64,000 nucleotides of DNA from Pseudomonadota bacterium (GTDB taxonomy: Bacteria > Desulfobacterota > Desulfobacteria > Desulfobacterales > RPRI01). Location: the NCBI GenBank assembly GCA_043825875.1, contig JBDRRF010000096.1, positions 20,891 through 84,890 on the forward strand, given 5' to 3'. The translations under genes and the position numbers were made by a program. Numbering within the stretch: position 1 is the stretch's first letter; every line of letters begins with the position of its first letter. Under the pieces are notes generated by a model, which ran no database searches, was not told where the DNA came from, and saw nothing but the letters and a program-made list of their open reading frames with translations. Of the stretch, positions 10,064 through 20,847 are shown piece by piece.

Positions 10064-10867
10064 ATGAACAATTTTGGTCAAACAACAGCAAAGGTAGCCG
10101 CGTGGAATCTTGCCGGTTTTGGGGGAATTCCCGAAAAGCGATTGAAACGTCAGGTGGAAGGTCTGGCGCTGCTTGATGCCGAAATCGTTGCCCTTGTGGA
10201 GATCAATCCTCAGTCAGCAATTGAAACACTGACTCAAGGTCTATCGGAGATGGGAGTGACTTATAATTCCAGCATACTACCTCAGGCAGACAACTTGCAT
10301 ATCGGAGTACTTTTTAAGGAAGGTGTCACAGCACAGAATCCCCGCCTGCTTGATGGTTCCGATCTTGGAGATACAAGAAGACGAAAAGCTTTCGTGGTTG
10401 ACATGAAGGTCGGCAAATTTGATTTCCTGCTGATTGTTGTCCACCTTAAGTCAGGCCGTGGGGCTGCTGAGCAAAAGATCCGCGATGAGCAGGCAAAGAT
10501 CATCGGGCAGTATATTACGGAATGCCGGGCACAAAGCAGAGAGGATATACTCCTTGTTGGCGATTTCAATATGATTCCCGGCGAAGATGCAAGCAATTTT
10601 CACCATTTAGGTGGTGATGACCTGATGAATTTTGTGTCTTCATGGGACTTGCAGGATCGGTATTCTCATATCCTGGAGGCCGGAAGAGCAAACCTTCTTG
10701 ATGGCTTTGCCATCAGCCGGACATACAGTACGGAATACATTCGCGGAAGCCTGAAGATATTTTCAATGCATTGGGCAATGGACATTGGCCGTGAGAGGTT
10801 TCGTGAAACCGTGTCCGATCACCTCCCGTTCGTTGCGAGTTTCAGAATTGACCGGGCTCGCGATTAG
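10064..10867 (+). CDS. Endonuclease/exonuclease/phosphatase (EEP) family protein
   Basis: AAWNL, VHLKSG, GDFN and SDHLP motifs. Confidence 0.85.
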   Translation: MNNFGQTTAKVAAWNLAGFGGIPEKRLKRQVEGLALLDAEIVALVEINPQSAIETLTQGLSEMGVTYNSSILPQADNLHIGVLFKEGVTAQNPRLLDGSDLGDTRRRKAFVVDMKVGKFDFLLIVVHLKSGRGAAEQKIRDEQAKIIGQYITECRAQSREDILLVGDFNMIPGEDASNFHHLGGDDLMNFVSSWDLQDRYSHILEAGRANLLDGFAISRTYSTEYIRGSLKIFSMHWAMDIGRERFRETVSDHLPFVASFRIDRARD

Positions 10868-11096
10868 TTAGTATTGCTGCTGCTTGCCAGAATACGATTT
10901 TGGCACCAGAACTTACAGTCTGAATTGTAAGATTATCAAGAGTATTGAAAGTATCTTTAAGAAGAGGCACCTTCTGCCATCTGCTTAATCCCCTGAATTG
11001 GGCTCTAATGCCGGGAGTAGTAATAGAAGCAAGGCAAACCGGTCTTTAGGTATGACAACATTGGTTTTAATGCTTTCTATGTCGATTTTAAACATT

Positions 11097-12059
11097 TCAT
11101 TTTCCGGCATTTATCAATTCCCCATTTTTATAATTATAAACTTTGATAACCGTACCGGTTTTACTATAGCGTTTGGTGGTGCCGTCAAGAACATCATTTT
11201 TATAACTTTCTTCCAGCCAAAGATTGCCATAAACATCATATTGTTTCTTTATGCCGTTTATCATTCCATTTTCATAATATGTTTGAGTTTTCAGCCTTCC
11301 GTTTTTATAAAAGAATTTTTCATAGCCATTTTTTTGGCTATTTTTGTAATTGACTTCTTCTCTTAATTTCCCGTTTGGAAAATATAAACGTATCTCACCA
11401 TCATATTCTCCTTGCCTGTAATTTTCATGGGCTTTGATTGTGCCGTCTATATAATATGAAACCAGTAGCCCTTCCTTTTTGCCGTTTTTATAGGCTCCTT
11501 TTGCTTTTGTGGTTCCATCGTCAAAATAAGAAAGAAAGGGTCCTTCTTCTTTCCCATTTGCATAGGTTATGGTATCTTTTATTTTTCCGTCTTTAAAATA
11601 TATTGTTTTTTCACCTTCTCTTTTTCCATTTTTATAAAAAAGTACTTCTTCTATGTTTCCTGTGCATTCATAATATTGCTCGGCTTTACCATCTAAAAAT
11701 CCCATTTGATAATTGAACTTGCCTATTATTTTGCCGTTTTCACAGTAACGGACAAAACTTCCGTTTAATTGACCGTTGCTGTAATGCTGTTCCTTAGATA
11801 GCATACCACTTTCATAATAATCTTTAACAATGCCATCCACTTTGTTCATATTGAAATTACCTTCGGTCTTTAAGCGGCCGCTTTCGTAATAATATTTAAA
11901 ATAACCATGCCGGTAGTATCCACTACTTCCCAAGAAATTGTCATACCAGCTTACCTCTTCCATAAGAAATTTTTCATCTTGGTCATAATATGTTTTAACA
12001 ACCGAGGTACATGACAACAAGGACATTAATAGAACTAATGCGATAGCATGCTTTATCAT
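11097..12059 (-). CDS. MORN-variant repeat (YwqK-like) lipoprotein
   Basis: About 12 repeats of YY(E/K)xG(K/R)L...xY(K)NG; lipobox LLSC. ATG at 12059 overlaps the upstream stop (ATGA). Confidence 0.85.
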   Translation of the reverse strand: MIKHAIALVLLMSLLSCTSVVKTYYDQDEKFLMEEVSWYDNFLGSSGYYRHGYFKYYYESGRLKTEGNFNMNKVDGIVKDYYESGMLSKEQHYSNGQLNGSFVRYCENGKIIGKFNYQMGFLDGKAEQYYECTGNIEEVLFYKNGKREGEKTIYFKDGKIKDTITYANGKEEGPFLSYFDDGTTKAKGAYKNGKKEGLLVSYYIDGTIKAHENYRQGEYDGEIRLYFPNGKLREEVNYKNSQKNGYEKFFYKNGRLKTQTYYENGMINGIKKQYDVYGNLWLEESYKNDVLDGTTKRYSKTGTVIKVYNYKNGELINAGK

Positions 12060-14551
12060 GATGATGGCTCCTTCATGCATATTTTGGCTTTTAGTGCCAG
12101 ATATTTTTCCCTCAATTCATCACTGCCCAGATCGGGATGAAGTACCATGGTAATATTTAATATCTCGCAGGCTTTGGCCGTATCTCCCAGTTTGGATAAG
12201 GCATATGCGGTTTTGTATCTGGACTCGAACCAGTGGTAAGTTCCGGATTTGACACCGTCTGACAATTTTCGCCATATTTTAAGAGCTTTTTCCCATTGTT
12301 CTCTTTTTTCATATAGAAGTCCCAAATTATAGACAGCATCAGCTGACATTGAATTTCTTATAATGATGTCCTGATACATTGCTTCTGCTTTGTTCAGTTG
12401 GTTTTTGTCAGTATAAATCCTTGCCATTCCAAGCTGGGCCGTATCACAATATTTTTGATGTTCTAATTTTTTACACGATATTTTATAAAGTGCTCCGTAT
12501 ACTATCAAAGCAAAATCCAAAGAATTAACGGCGCCAATTTTTATTTCTTCTTGTATTCGGCCTTCATTATAAAAATTTTGTGCAAGATTGCTTAACATTT
12601 TATATGCATCAATATCCAAAACCTCTTTTGCGCTAAAATTATTCAGATCCTTTTGCCCGGCTTCAATCATACCAAGGTGTTGATACATTTTCATCTTTAG
12701 TAAAAGAGCATTTAAAGACAGATTTTTATCTTTGGAAAACCTTTTCTCAAATTCTTTTAGCTTTTTCAAATTATTCTTAATATCTGTTTCAGACCCATAA
12801 AGACTTAAGCTAGATTGTAAAATAATCATGTGGGGTTTTATTTTTTTATAATAATCGGAATGTTTTGCCTTATCTTCGGCTTTTTTGTATTTGGATAGTA
12901 ACTCTGTACCTTGTTTATATATCTTTTTTGCTTCATGTGAATTTTGCTGTCCTTTTTTTGCAAGTAAATCCAATTCATCAATATAATATTGTATCGCATA
13001 ATAGCAGGCTGATGGATAGTTTATTGAGTCTGGCTTGACCATGGAAAACATATCAGCAGCTTTTTTGTTTTTGCCTGTTTTTTGAAAGTGCTTTCCCATT
13101 CTATATTGCGCTTCGCTCATTTCAGGACAGTTGCTGCGACATTTTTTGATATATACTTCTAACGCATCTATATATAGGTTGTATGCCTCCTGGCTTTTTT
13201 CTTTACTGTAGTAATTAATTGCCGCAGCATAGTAAAGAGGTACACTTTGAGAAAGAAAAACAGAGTCAGGATATTTTCCATGAAACTGTTTGAGATAGAA
13301 AAGGGCATCACCGTATTGTTCTTTCTTGCAGTAAATAGTTGCTGTACGAAACCATACTCCGTCAATACGATGAGACATATATGATGGAGAATCTTTAAAG
13401 ATTGGCAGGTAGTATTTTAGTGCCTTGCTATAATCTTTTTTTTCAAACATCATATCCCCAAGGGCTGTTGAAGCCACAGGCCCCAACTTTTCATATGATA
13501 GGCCTTCGATTTCAGGAGCATGCATTTTGGCATATCTATAAAGCTCATCTGCGCTGACAGGGGTATTTGCCACTTGCTTAAGTTTTTCAAAGATTGTGCT
13601 ATTGGTTTCATCCGTAATAGATTGTGCTTTTTCTTTTTTCCCCTCAAGGGCAACCAATATCCTGAAGTTAATGGTATCAAGTGCTTTATTTATCTGTTCG
13701 GGGATTTTATCTTTAGCAAAATCTTCTTTAAACTCATCTATGCTTCTTGCCGCTATTTGATAATTTCCGGTTTCATATGCAATCCTGATTTCTTCATAAA
13801 GACAGCGAATGTAAAGGGGGTCATCCTTTCCGATCATCTTTTTAACTAATTTCAAGTCCTGTCCGGCTTTGCCATAAATTTTTAGTTTTCCATAGCACAG
13901 GGCTCGACCCAAAAGGCTTCTTGCTATAACATCTTCTTCTTCAAAATCTAAAAAGGCTTTGGAAAAGCCTTTTATTGCTTCATTTAATAAAGTGCCGAAC
14001 ATGGGGTCATCATCCTCAAACAAAATACTTGTATGATACCCATTCCATCCAATCCAATAACTGGATAAAGAAATCAGAAACTGAGGTTGTTGCCATTTAG
14101 ACGATTTGATAAATGAGGCCGGATCTTTGAGCGTATCTAAGGTATTTTCCTGAAGATCCGAAACAATCTTCTCATTTGATGTTAGTATCTGCTTTATAAT
14201 CATTCTAAGATTTAAAAAAATCTCTTTTTCTTTTTGTTTATTATGGTTATCGGATGATTTTGTTTGAACGGCTACAAGAGCGCTAATGCATTCACCGGAT
14301 TTGGTCAGAATAAGTTTTTGAAAATCAAAAGACATCTTGTTTTCAGTAAGAGCTTCTTTTTGGTTTTGGGCAATCAACAAAACCGCTTTTTCAATTTCCT
14401 GAACGGATTTTAAAGCAGACGGATTAATACTATTTAAAGTATCCATTTCGTATGCCAAACTGCTATGGATGTGGTAATCACTAAAAAAAATAATAGATAG
14501 AAGAAGAAATGATACTTTTATTAAAGTTGGTATTTTATAATTCATAAGCAT
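12056..14551 (-). CDS. Large exported tetratricopeptide-repeat protein
   Basis: N-terminal hydrophobic segment; TPR-like helices (AVYNLGLLYEKREQWEKAL, AQYRMGKHF, ALGDMMFEKKDYSKAL). Start chosen just after the exbD stop and is approximate. Confidence 0.75.
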   Translation of the reverse strand: MLMNYKIPTLIKVSFLLLSIIFFSDYHIHSSLAYEMDTLNSINPSALKSVQEIEKAVLLIAQNQKEALTENKMSFDFQKLILTKSGECISALVAVQTKSSDNHNKQKEKEIFLNLRMIIKQILTSNEKIVSDLQENTLDTLKDPASFIKSSKWQQPQFLISLSSYWIGWNGYHTSILFEDDDPMFGTLLNEAIKGFSKAFLDFEEEDVIARSLLGRALCYGKLKIYGKAGQDLKLVKKMIGKDDPLYIRCLYEEIRIAYETGNYQIAARSIDEFKEDFAKDKIPEQINKALDTINFRILVALEGKKEKAQSITDETNSTIFEKLKQVANTPVSADELYRYAKMHAPEIEGLSYEKLGPVASTALGDMMFEKKDYSKALKYYLPIFKDSPSYMSHRIDGVWFRTATIYCKKEQYGDALFYLKQFHGKYPDSVFLSQSVPLYYAAAINYYSKEKSQEAYNLYIDALEVYIKKCRSNCPEMSEAQYRMGKHFQKTGKNKKAADMFSMVKPDSINYPSACYYAIQYYIDELDLLAKKGQQNSHEAKKIYKQGTELLSKYKKAEDKAKHSDYYKKIKPHMIILQSSLSLYGSETDIKNNLKKLKEFEKRFSKDKNLSLNALLLKMKMYQHLGMIEAGQKDLNNFSAKEVLDIDAYKMLSNLAQNFYNEGRIQEEIKIGAVNSLDFALIVYGALYKISCKKLEHQKYCDTAQLGMARIYTDKNQLNKAEAMYQDIIIRNSMSADAVYNLGLLYEKREQWEKALKIWRKLSDGVKSGTYHWFESRYKTAYALSKLGDTAKACEILNITMVLHPDLGSDELREKYLALKAKICMKEPSS

Positions 14552-14552
14552 C

Positions 14553-14981
14553 TTAAGAAGAAACACTAAATACGATATTATTCTTTTTTGATTTAAGACA
14601 TACATTGTAAACGCCTATTACATGCTTAAAGGGTACATTGTCGCTTGGTTCGAATATAATCAGAATATCTTCGGGAAGCTGATTAAGATAATGCAGCAGA
14701 TCGTTATAATTATACACGACCCTTTCCTGGAGATAAATTTTTAATAAATTCTTCTCTTTTATCATTTTAACCCGCAATTTGACAGTTTCGTAATCTTTCG
14801 GTGTTTCAGAGCTTGTTTTGCTGCTGGTCTGAGGAAGTTTGTTTTCCAAAACTCCTTCTGATTTATTAAAATTAATTGTCATTAAAAAAAAGATCATCAG
14901 AAGAAATATAACATCAATAAGAGGTGTTATGTTGATAGAATTTGATTTTTGATAATCCTTTTTATTACCTTTAAGTCTCAT
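14553..14981 (-). CDS. exbD: Biopolymer transporter ExbD/TolR family protein
   Basis: INITPLIDVIFLLMIFF transmembrane motif with the conserved Asp. Confidence 0.85.
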   Translation of the reverse strand: MRLKGNKKDYQKSNSINITPLIDVIFLLMIFFLMTINFNKSEGVLENKLPQTSSKTSSETPKDYETVKLRVKMIKEKNLLKIYLQERVVYNYNDLLHYLNQLPEDILIIFEPSDNVPFKHVIGVYNVCLKSKKNNIVFSVSS

Positions 14982-14984
14982 GAT

Positions 14985-15419
14985 TCAATCCTCTTGAAGG
15001 GGGTCAGGGCTGTCTTGTAATGTAGTAAATTCTATCTTGTAGATATTGGCAAGAGACAACTTATGCATGACATGTTTGATCACCTTGTATGGAATATTTT
15101 TATCGGCATTAATTACTATGGTAACATCTAATGGAATATTATTTTTTATCTGATAAATCCGATCCAATTGTTCTATATTGATCTTTGTTCTATCCAGAAA
15201 AACTTGATCTTCGGATTTAATTATAAGAGGTATTTTATATCTATTATCCACCTTGCTTACATGGGCTTCATCGGCTTTTGGCAAATCTACATTTCGAATT
15301 TGCATTTCCGAAAAATTTATTATTATGATAAAAAAGATGATGATAAGAAATACCACGTCAATCAGGGGGGTTAAATTTACAGCCATTTCGGACCATGGGC
15401 GTTTACGATATGCACGCAT
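14985..15419 (-). CDS. exbD: Biopolymer transporter ExbD/TolR family protein
   Basis: NLTPLIDVVFLIIIFF, VDLPKA and INADKNIPY motifs. Confidence 0.85.
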   Translation of the reverse strand: MRAYRKRPWSEMAVNLTPLIDVVFLIIIFFIIIINFSEMQIRNVDLPKADEAHVSKVDNRYKIPLIIKSEDQVFLDRTKINIEQLDRIYQIKNNIPLDVTIVINADKNIPYKVIKHVMHKLSLANIYKIEFTTLQDSPDPLQED

Positions 15420-15422
15420 GTC

Positions 15423-16301
15423 TTACTCCTTGGGTTGGTTTGTTTTAAATGAAGAAACCATCTGTTCGGCAGTAAGAGCCGCTTCACCGGTATATTCATC
15501 AATACGATTTTTAAAAACTGCATATCCGTAAAGAGACGGTATAGCTACAATCAGACCCATACAGGTAGTAATAAGCGCTTCGAAAATTCCGCCCGCAAGT
15601 TGCTTGGGTTCTATTGCTCCAGCTACATGGGCTATTTCGTTAAAACAGCGAAGCATTCCGATAACCGTTCCGAGGAGTCCCATCATTGGAGAAATATTTC
15701 CTATTACATTCAGATGTTCTATCTTTCGGGCAATAGCACTGGTTAAGGATTCACCCATATCTTCCATTGCCTTTATCATGGATTGATATCCCATATCTGA
15801 TTCCTTAAGACCTGCAACGGTGATCTTTGCAAAAAACGAAGCGCTTTGCTTATCAAATTTCTTAACTTCATCGAAATTGCGATCACTGATAATTTTATCA
15901 AAAGCTTTAATATCACCAAGTGGCAATATTTTTGATTTTCGGATGGTAAAAAGATAATCTATTATAAGTCCCAAAGACAAGACAGACAGCAATATAATCA
16001 AATAGCCAACGATTCCTCCTTTTTTAATAATATCCAAAAGGCTCATCACGGTAACATGTATATTGTTTCTTGTAGTATTATAATTTTTTGCCGGGCTATC
16101 AGGTTTTGCCTTGTTCGTTTCTTTTGAGGATTTATTATCAACATTGCCGATTGGTGCCAAAAGGTCACCGATGGCTTCTATGCCTGGAGCGGTTATTTCC
16201 GATTTATTATCTTCCGCTCCAGCCGAAAGAGGGTTAAAAATAAATGATGTAAAAATAAATGTCATTAGCAAAAAAATGTAAAAGGCATCTTTAAATTTCA
16301 T
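15423..16301 (-). CDS. exbB: MotA/TolQ/ExbB proton channel family protein
   Basis: SPMMGLLGTVIGM and LAGGIFEALITTCMGLIVAIPS motifs. Confidence 0.88.
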   Translation of the reverse strand: MKFKDAFYIFLLMTFIFTSFIFNPLSAGAEDNKSEITAPGIEAIGDLLAPIGNVDNKSSKETNKAKPDSPAKNYNTTRNNIHVTVMSLLDIIKKGGIVGYLIILLSVLSLGLIIDYLFTIRKSKILPLGDIKAFDKIISDRNFDEVKKFDKQSASFFAKITVAGLKESDMGYQSMIKAMEDMGESLTSAIARKIEHLNVIGNISPMMGLLGTVIGMLRCFNEIAHVAGAIEPKQLAGGIFEALITTCMGLIVAIPSLYGYAVFKNRIDEYTGEAALTAEQMVSSFKTNQPKE

Positions 16302-16345
16302 GTGAGTTTCTCCCTATATTGGTATTGTATTTAAACTTATATTAA

Positions 16346-16488
16346 GAGCCACTTTCAAAACGTTTCAGTTTGGTCAAGCTCAAGGCGGGAGAAAATTTCA
16401 ACCACAGGAATACATCGAGTATTTCGAGGATTGAAATTTGAGCCCAACGCTTAAGATCGGCCAAAATGGGGCGTTTCGAAACTGGCTC
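16346..16488 (+). mobile_element. MITE copy 3 (143 bp), between the vWA gene and exbB
   Basis: Same sequence family. Last base overlaps the vWA gene's TAG stop; flanks TTAA/TATA are not a perfect duplication. Confidence 0.85.
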
Positions 16489-17660
16489 TATAAATTACTC
16501 ATAAATTCATTTAGGTATAATTCCCACCTGGTTCCGAAAATCAAAAGCAGCATATGCCGTATGACTTTATCTTCATTAGTCAGCCTGGCGCTCTCACCGC
16601 CACCAACATGTGCAAAGGTTTCGAAATCATCCATTACTTTTTGTGTGCTGGTAAGATATTCAAAACTTTCTGTTCCAGGATCGGTCATGGACGGCATAAT
16701 GTAATGTTCCCAATAGTATCTAGTTATTTCTTTCGGTTTCCTTATATCGATAACGGAAACTCTTCCGCCCATATTCTCCTTGAACCTTTTGATCATTTCA
16801 ACTGCCCGTGGCACATCTTCTTCATAAGGGGGTGCATCTCCTATCAAAAGAATAAACTTTTTGGATTTTTTGTTCCAGTTCATTTCATCTATAGCGACTC
16901 TTAGTCCTTCGGCCACAGCTTCTCTTATATCATAACCTCCGGCATTTTGAATTCCGTCTAGAAATTTCTGCTGAGGTGTAATACTGTAAGACAAAGGAAA
17001 CTTTTTGGTAACATATTCATCTTTTCTGTCCCTGTAGGTTACAAGCCCGATTCTGCAGGTGGGAACCAATTTTCTTAATGCTGCGGCAAGATTTCTGATT
17101 TTTAGTTTAACTTCATTTAAATAAGCCCACATGCTGTCAGTGGAATCAAAAACAAAGACTACATCAAGGCCTCCTTCACGCATGGACTGAATATGTTTTG
17201 CAAAAGATCCTGCCATCATATCATAGCCGGTATCTAAAGGCTTGCCACCTGTTGCCGGATTTACCCATTTGTTTTTCATGGCTGCTGCCTGAACGCTGAT
17301 TATGTCGAGTGCATCATTGGTTTTGGGATCAGGAAGTATTTCAATATTTGGTATGACCGGCTTGTATTCAATTTCAGGGACTGGGTCAAACATATTATCA
17401 TCGGCATCAAGGTTATCCTCCAAATCCATACCCTGAAACTTAAGCCTATCGTCTTTTTGGCCTTCACCTATTATTTCAACAGTAATGGGTTCTTCCACAA
17501 CAGATCCCTTGCCAAACCATGTCCACTTTACATAATTTGCGTAAATGAGTACTGACATATGAATCAAAAATGAAATAAGGATTGGTGAAACTGCTATCAG
17601 AAAGATATGAAAAGTTGATATTTTTTTAAAAAAGGATTTTATGGATTCTAAAAGTTTCAT
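16488..17660 (-). CDS. Membrane-anchored vWA-domain protein with TonB/TolA-like anchor
   Basis: Transmembrane helix with S-x3-H (SFLIH); acidic/Pro-rich linker; MIDAS-type VFVFDSTDSM, GLVTYRD and LIGDAPP. Confidence 0.82.
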   Translation of the reverse strand: MKLLESIKSFFKKISTFHIFLIAVSPILISFLIHMSVLIYANYVKWTWFGKGSVVEEPITVEIIGEGQKDDRLKFQGMDLEDNLDADDNMFDPVPEIEYKPVIPNIEILPDPKTNDALDIISVQAAAMKNKWVNPATGGKPLDTGYDMMAGSFAKHIQSMREGGLDVVFVFDSTDSMWAYLNEVKLKIRNLAAALRKLVPTCRIGLVTYRDRKDEYVTKKFPLSYSITPQQKFLDGIQNAGGYDIREAVAEGLRVAIDEMNWNKKSKKFILLIGDAPPYEEDVPRAVEMIKRFKENMGGRVSVIDIRKPKEITRYYWEHYIMPSMTDPGTESFEYLTSTQKVMDDFETFAHVGGGESARLTNEDKVIRHMLLLIFGTRWELYLNEFMSNL

Positions 17661-17956
17661 GATATATCCTTTCTTATGATGTTAGGCTAAATCGCACCGT
17701 TTTTTGATGTTGGCAGCGATTTGTTGGCATAGCGGGTAATCCCTTCTGGAGAGCAGTACAATTGCCGCCTCCATTTTGTCATAGTCGGCCTTAAATGAAA
17801 GAAGGAGTCTACTTTCATATATTTGAGAGCTTTTGATATTGTAATACATTAATATTTTTTTCAATCACCCGTTGGTATGATTTTAATGTATTTTTTGGAA
17901 AATTTTGAGGAACCGTGTCTTTTTGAAACTTTTGATACTAAAAAAGCTTTAATATT

Positions 17957-20632
17957 TTAATTTAACAGCTTTGTATTTTGCGACTGAACTATGGCCTGAA
18001 GCCGGCTTTTAACGCCTAGCTTTTTATAAAGATTCTGGGTGTGTGTTTTTACAGTATTTATGGAAATAAAGGACATATCGGCAATTTCTCGGTTTTTATG
18101 ACCATCCGCCAGCAATTCTAATATCTCAAGCTCTCTTTCAGTCAATCCGTATGTGGTTGTGTCCTTTTCACGAATGTCAGTTAAAGATTTGTTTTCCCCT
18201 ATTCCGCCACAGGCTGTAAGCAGTGTATTGAAGTAGACTGATTGTCCGAACTCAGGGCTGTTTTTAGCTATGTCATTTAACACAGGTAATATCATAATAG
18301 AACAATTTGCAAAGGGCCGGATATATCCCTGTGGTTCGGAAAACAAGAGCGCTTTTTTCATTTTAGACGTTGCATCTTGTTTCTTACCGTACATCCATAG
18401 CATCCCGGAAAGTATAATATCAATAACAAGGACCAATTCCATTAGGCTTCGTTTCACGCAACGAACACGGAGTTTTTCCAGAATATCAATAGCCTGGGGT
18501 AGCTTTCCCTTAAATATGTGTGTAATAGCCACATTCATGGCTTTGAAGAAAAAGTACATGGAAAACTCTTCATCCATATTAAGATTTTCCTGATTTTCCC
18601 ATTTTAAGGTATAACCTACATCACCCTGAGCAATAGATAAAGATGCGGCCAAAGCGTCCGCAAATTTTGAAAGGTTGGGTTGAGTAATGTTTTTGGAAAA
18701 ATTTCGCAACTTTTGATTATACTCCATAGCTTCTTTACGATTTTCTTTTGCCATGTAAATCTGTGACAAAAGAAAATATCCATGCATGATAAGCTCAAAG
18801 TTTCCCGATATTTCCGCATATCTCAGGCTTATCGAACCATATTCCAAAGCATTATCAAGGTCATTGCGGTTGTAGAAAATTACCGCCATTGGTAAATACA
18901 GAAGGTATTTCAAAGGAGTGCCGTATAATTTTTGCCGTTTTAAAAGGGTAAAGGCGTCTTGCAGGATTTTTTCCGATTGGTTCAAACATCCCTTAGACCT
19001 TAAGATAAATGCCATGACCATTGTCCACGTTATTTTGGCCATGTTGAACTCAGAAGGAAAGATATCAGGAAAGGCTTTTTCTATCTGATCTTCAGCAAAT
19101 TTCAAGTTGCCAAGATAAATTTGATTAAGTGCAATCAGTATTTGGATATAACCGGCAAGGGGTCTGTTTTTTTGAGATATCATTCCAGCGCCCTCAGTCA
19201 TTTTTTTAATATCTACCTTAAAAGTATCCTGATAATAATGTAAAACGGTTTTTGTATAGACGATCAAATCCTTACACAGACTTTTTTTTGGCTCTTTATA
19301 ATTTTCTATGGCCTCATTCTGTCTGGTCTCAATATCCGACAAAATATTTTCGACATCTGCCGGCCGTATGTTGCTAATCATATTGGTACATTCAATCAGC
19401 CTCAATAGAGGCCTTCTTATAAATACTTCATGGGGCAGCTTTGAAAGCCAGCGCATAGCAGATGCAATTTCATACTTTTCTACAAGTACTTTCAGATAAT
19501 CTTCCATTAGATCTGCTGTGAATTCAAAATCCCCCGAAGCTACAGCGTAATGAAACGCATCTTCTATATAATTATGTTTTGCAAACCACAAAGCGGCTTT
19601 TTGTTGTGCATGTTTAAGCAAGTCGGGTGATGAAATTTTTACCCATTCGATGATGGCTTCTGAAAATAAATGATGATAGCGATACCATTTTAGTTCCGGA
19701 TCAAGGGGAACAAGAAACATATTCATGCGGGTTAATTCATTTAATATCTTTGCGGCATCCGGCATCCCGGTTACAAATTTGCACACATCAGCATTAAATC
19801 TGTAAAGGACAGCAGTATGATATAAAAACATTTTAACGTTTTCTGATTGGAAACCTATAACTTCATTCATTAGATAATCAATAGCTTCTCTGCAAGCTAT
19901 TTGGAGTGTTTTGTCAAAAACTTGCAGGCTTTTTCCTTTTTTAAGCGACAAACCTAAAATATGAAATCCGGCAACCCAACCTCCGGCGAATTGCGTCAAA
20001 TCGCGAATTTGATTTTCTGTCAGATCAAGGGGAATAACCTGTTTAAAAAAATTATTTGCCTCATGTTCTGAAAATTTCAAGTCATCAGGAGTAATTTCTA
20101 AAATATCGTATTGAAATCTGAACCGGCTTAAAGGTTGGGGAAGTTTGTGGCGGCTTATGATAGCAAGATGCATATTGTGCGGTAAATATTTTATAATATG
20201 GCCCAGTGCTTGGTGAATCTCATCGGCATTAATCATATGATAATCGTCTATGATCAAATATATCTCACCTATAAGAGTATTAAGAGCATGGATAATCGGA
20301 GGGACGATATCCTTTGCAATAATTCGTGTCTGGTTTTGGAGCAACGGGCCTATAATATCTTCAAGCCCGTTATTTGCTTCGATAAGAGCAGTAATAAAAT
20401 ATCGGAAAAAGACATCAAGATCATTGTCCGTATCGTCTATGGAATACCAGGCGGCCGGCACCTTATCTTGTTTAATCCATTGTCCTGCCAGCGAGGTTTT
20501 GCCACAACCGGCAGGTCCGGTAATAAGTATTAATTGGGAGTCTTTTCCTGTGCTGAGACGATCTGTGAGATGTTTGCGATTAAGCAAATTTGATTTAAGC
20601 AAGGGCAACTGGATTTTTGTTGGTATGATCAT
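17957..20632 (-). CDS. MalT-like LuxR-family transcriptional regulator (ATPase plus C-terminal HTH)
   Basis: IIPTK start, Walker A GPAGCGKT, IIDDYH, YRYHHLF, and LTERELEIL...NREIA...INTVKTH. ATG 20632 follows AGGGG. Confidence 0.92.
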   Translation of the reverse strand: MIIPTKIQLPLLKSNLLNRKHLTDRLSTGKDSQLILITGPAGCGKTSLAGQWIKQDKVPAAWYSIDDTDNDLDVFFRYFITALIEANNGLEDIIGPLLQNQTRIIAKDIVPPIIHALNTLIGEIYLIIDDYHMINADEIHQALGHIIKYLPHNMHLAIISRHKLPQPLSRFRFQYDILEITPDDLKFSEHEANNFFKQVIPLDLTENQIRDLTQFAGGWVAGFHILGLSLKKGKSLQVFDKTLQIACREAIDYLMNEVIGFQSENVKMFLYHTAVLYRFNADVCKFVTGMPDAAKILNELTRMNMFLVPLDPELKWYRYHHLFSEAIIEWVKISSPDLLKHAQQKAALWFAKHNYIEDAFHYAVASGDFEFTADLMEDYLKVLVEKYEIASAMRWLSKLPHEVFIRRPLLRLIECTNMISNIRPADVENILSDIETRQNEAIENYKEPKKSLCKDLIVYTKTVLHYYQDTFKVDIKKMTEGAGMISQKNRPLAGYIQILIALNQIYLGNLKFAEDQIEKAFPDIFPSEFNMAKITWTMVMAFILRSKGCLNQSEKILQDAFTLLKRQKLYGTPLKYLLYLPMAVIFYNRNDLDNALEYGSISLRYAEISGNFELIMHGYFLLSQIYMAKENRKEAMEYNQKLRNFSKNITQPNLSKFADALAASLSIAQGDVGYTLKWENQENLNMDEEFSMYFFFKAMNVAITHIFKGKLPQAIDILEKLRVRCVKRSLMELVLVIDIILSGMLWMYGKKQDATSKMKKALLFSEPQGYIRPFANCSIMILPVLNDIAKNSPEFGQSVYFNTLLTACGGIGENKSLTDIREKDTTTYGLTERELEILELLADGHKNREIADMSFISINTVKTHTQNLYKKLGVKSRLQAIVQSQNTKLLN

Positions 20633-20847
20633 TAGACATCCCCTGCAAATTAGAGTGGGCACATCGAACAAACCAGCGAACCGGTTACATTTATCAGAGA
20701 CATACAGACCGTTTAGCTTAACCGGTTTATATACTTAACATAAATCCATGTCAACCTTTTTGTTCGGCAGGGTAACCGATAGCCTTAACATGTTATATAC
20801 AGGGCATTGACTCATTTGCCAGAAAACAAATGAGCCAGTTTTATTAT

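Noticed and set aside
10930..11060. SAM-I or c-di-GMP riboswitch (TTATCAAGAG, GGCAAAC words)
   Set aside because: The remaining consensus elements are absent, and the region lies between convergent gene ends.
11097..12059. Toxin-antitoxin system (YwqK antitoxin label)
   Set aside because: No cognate toxin is nearby; the gene is a lipoprotein translationally coupled to the TPR/ExbBD operon.
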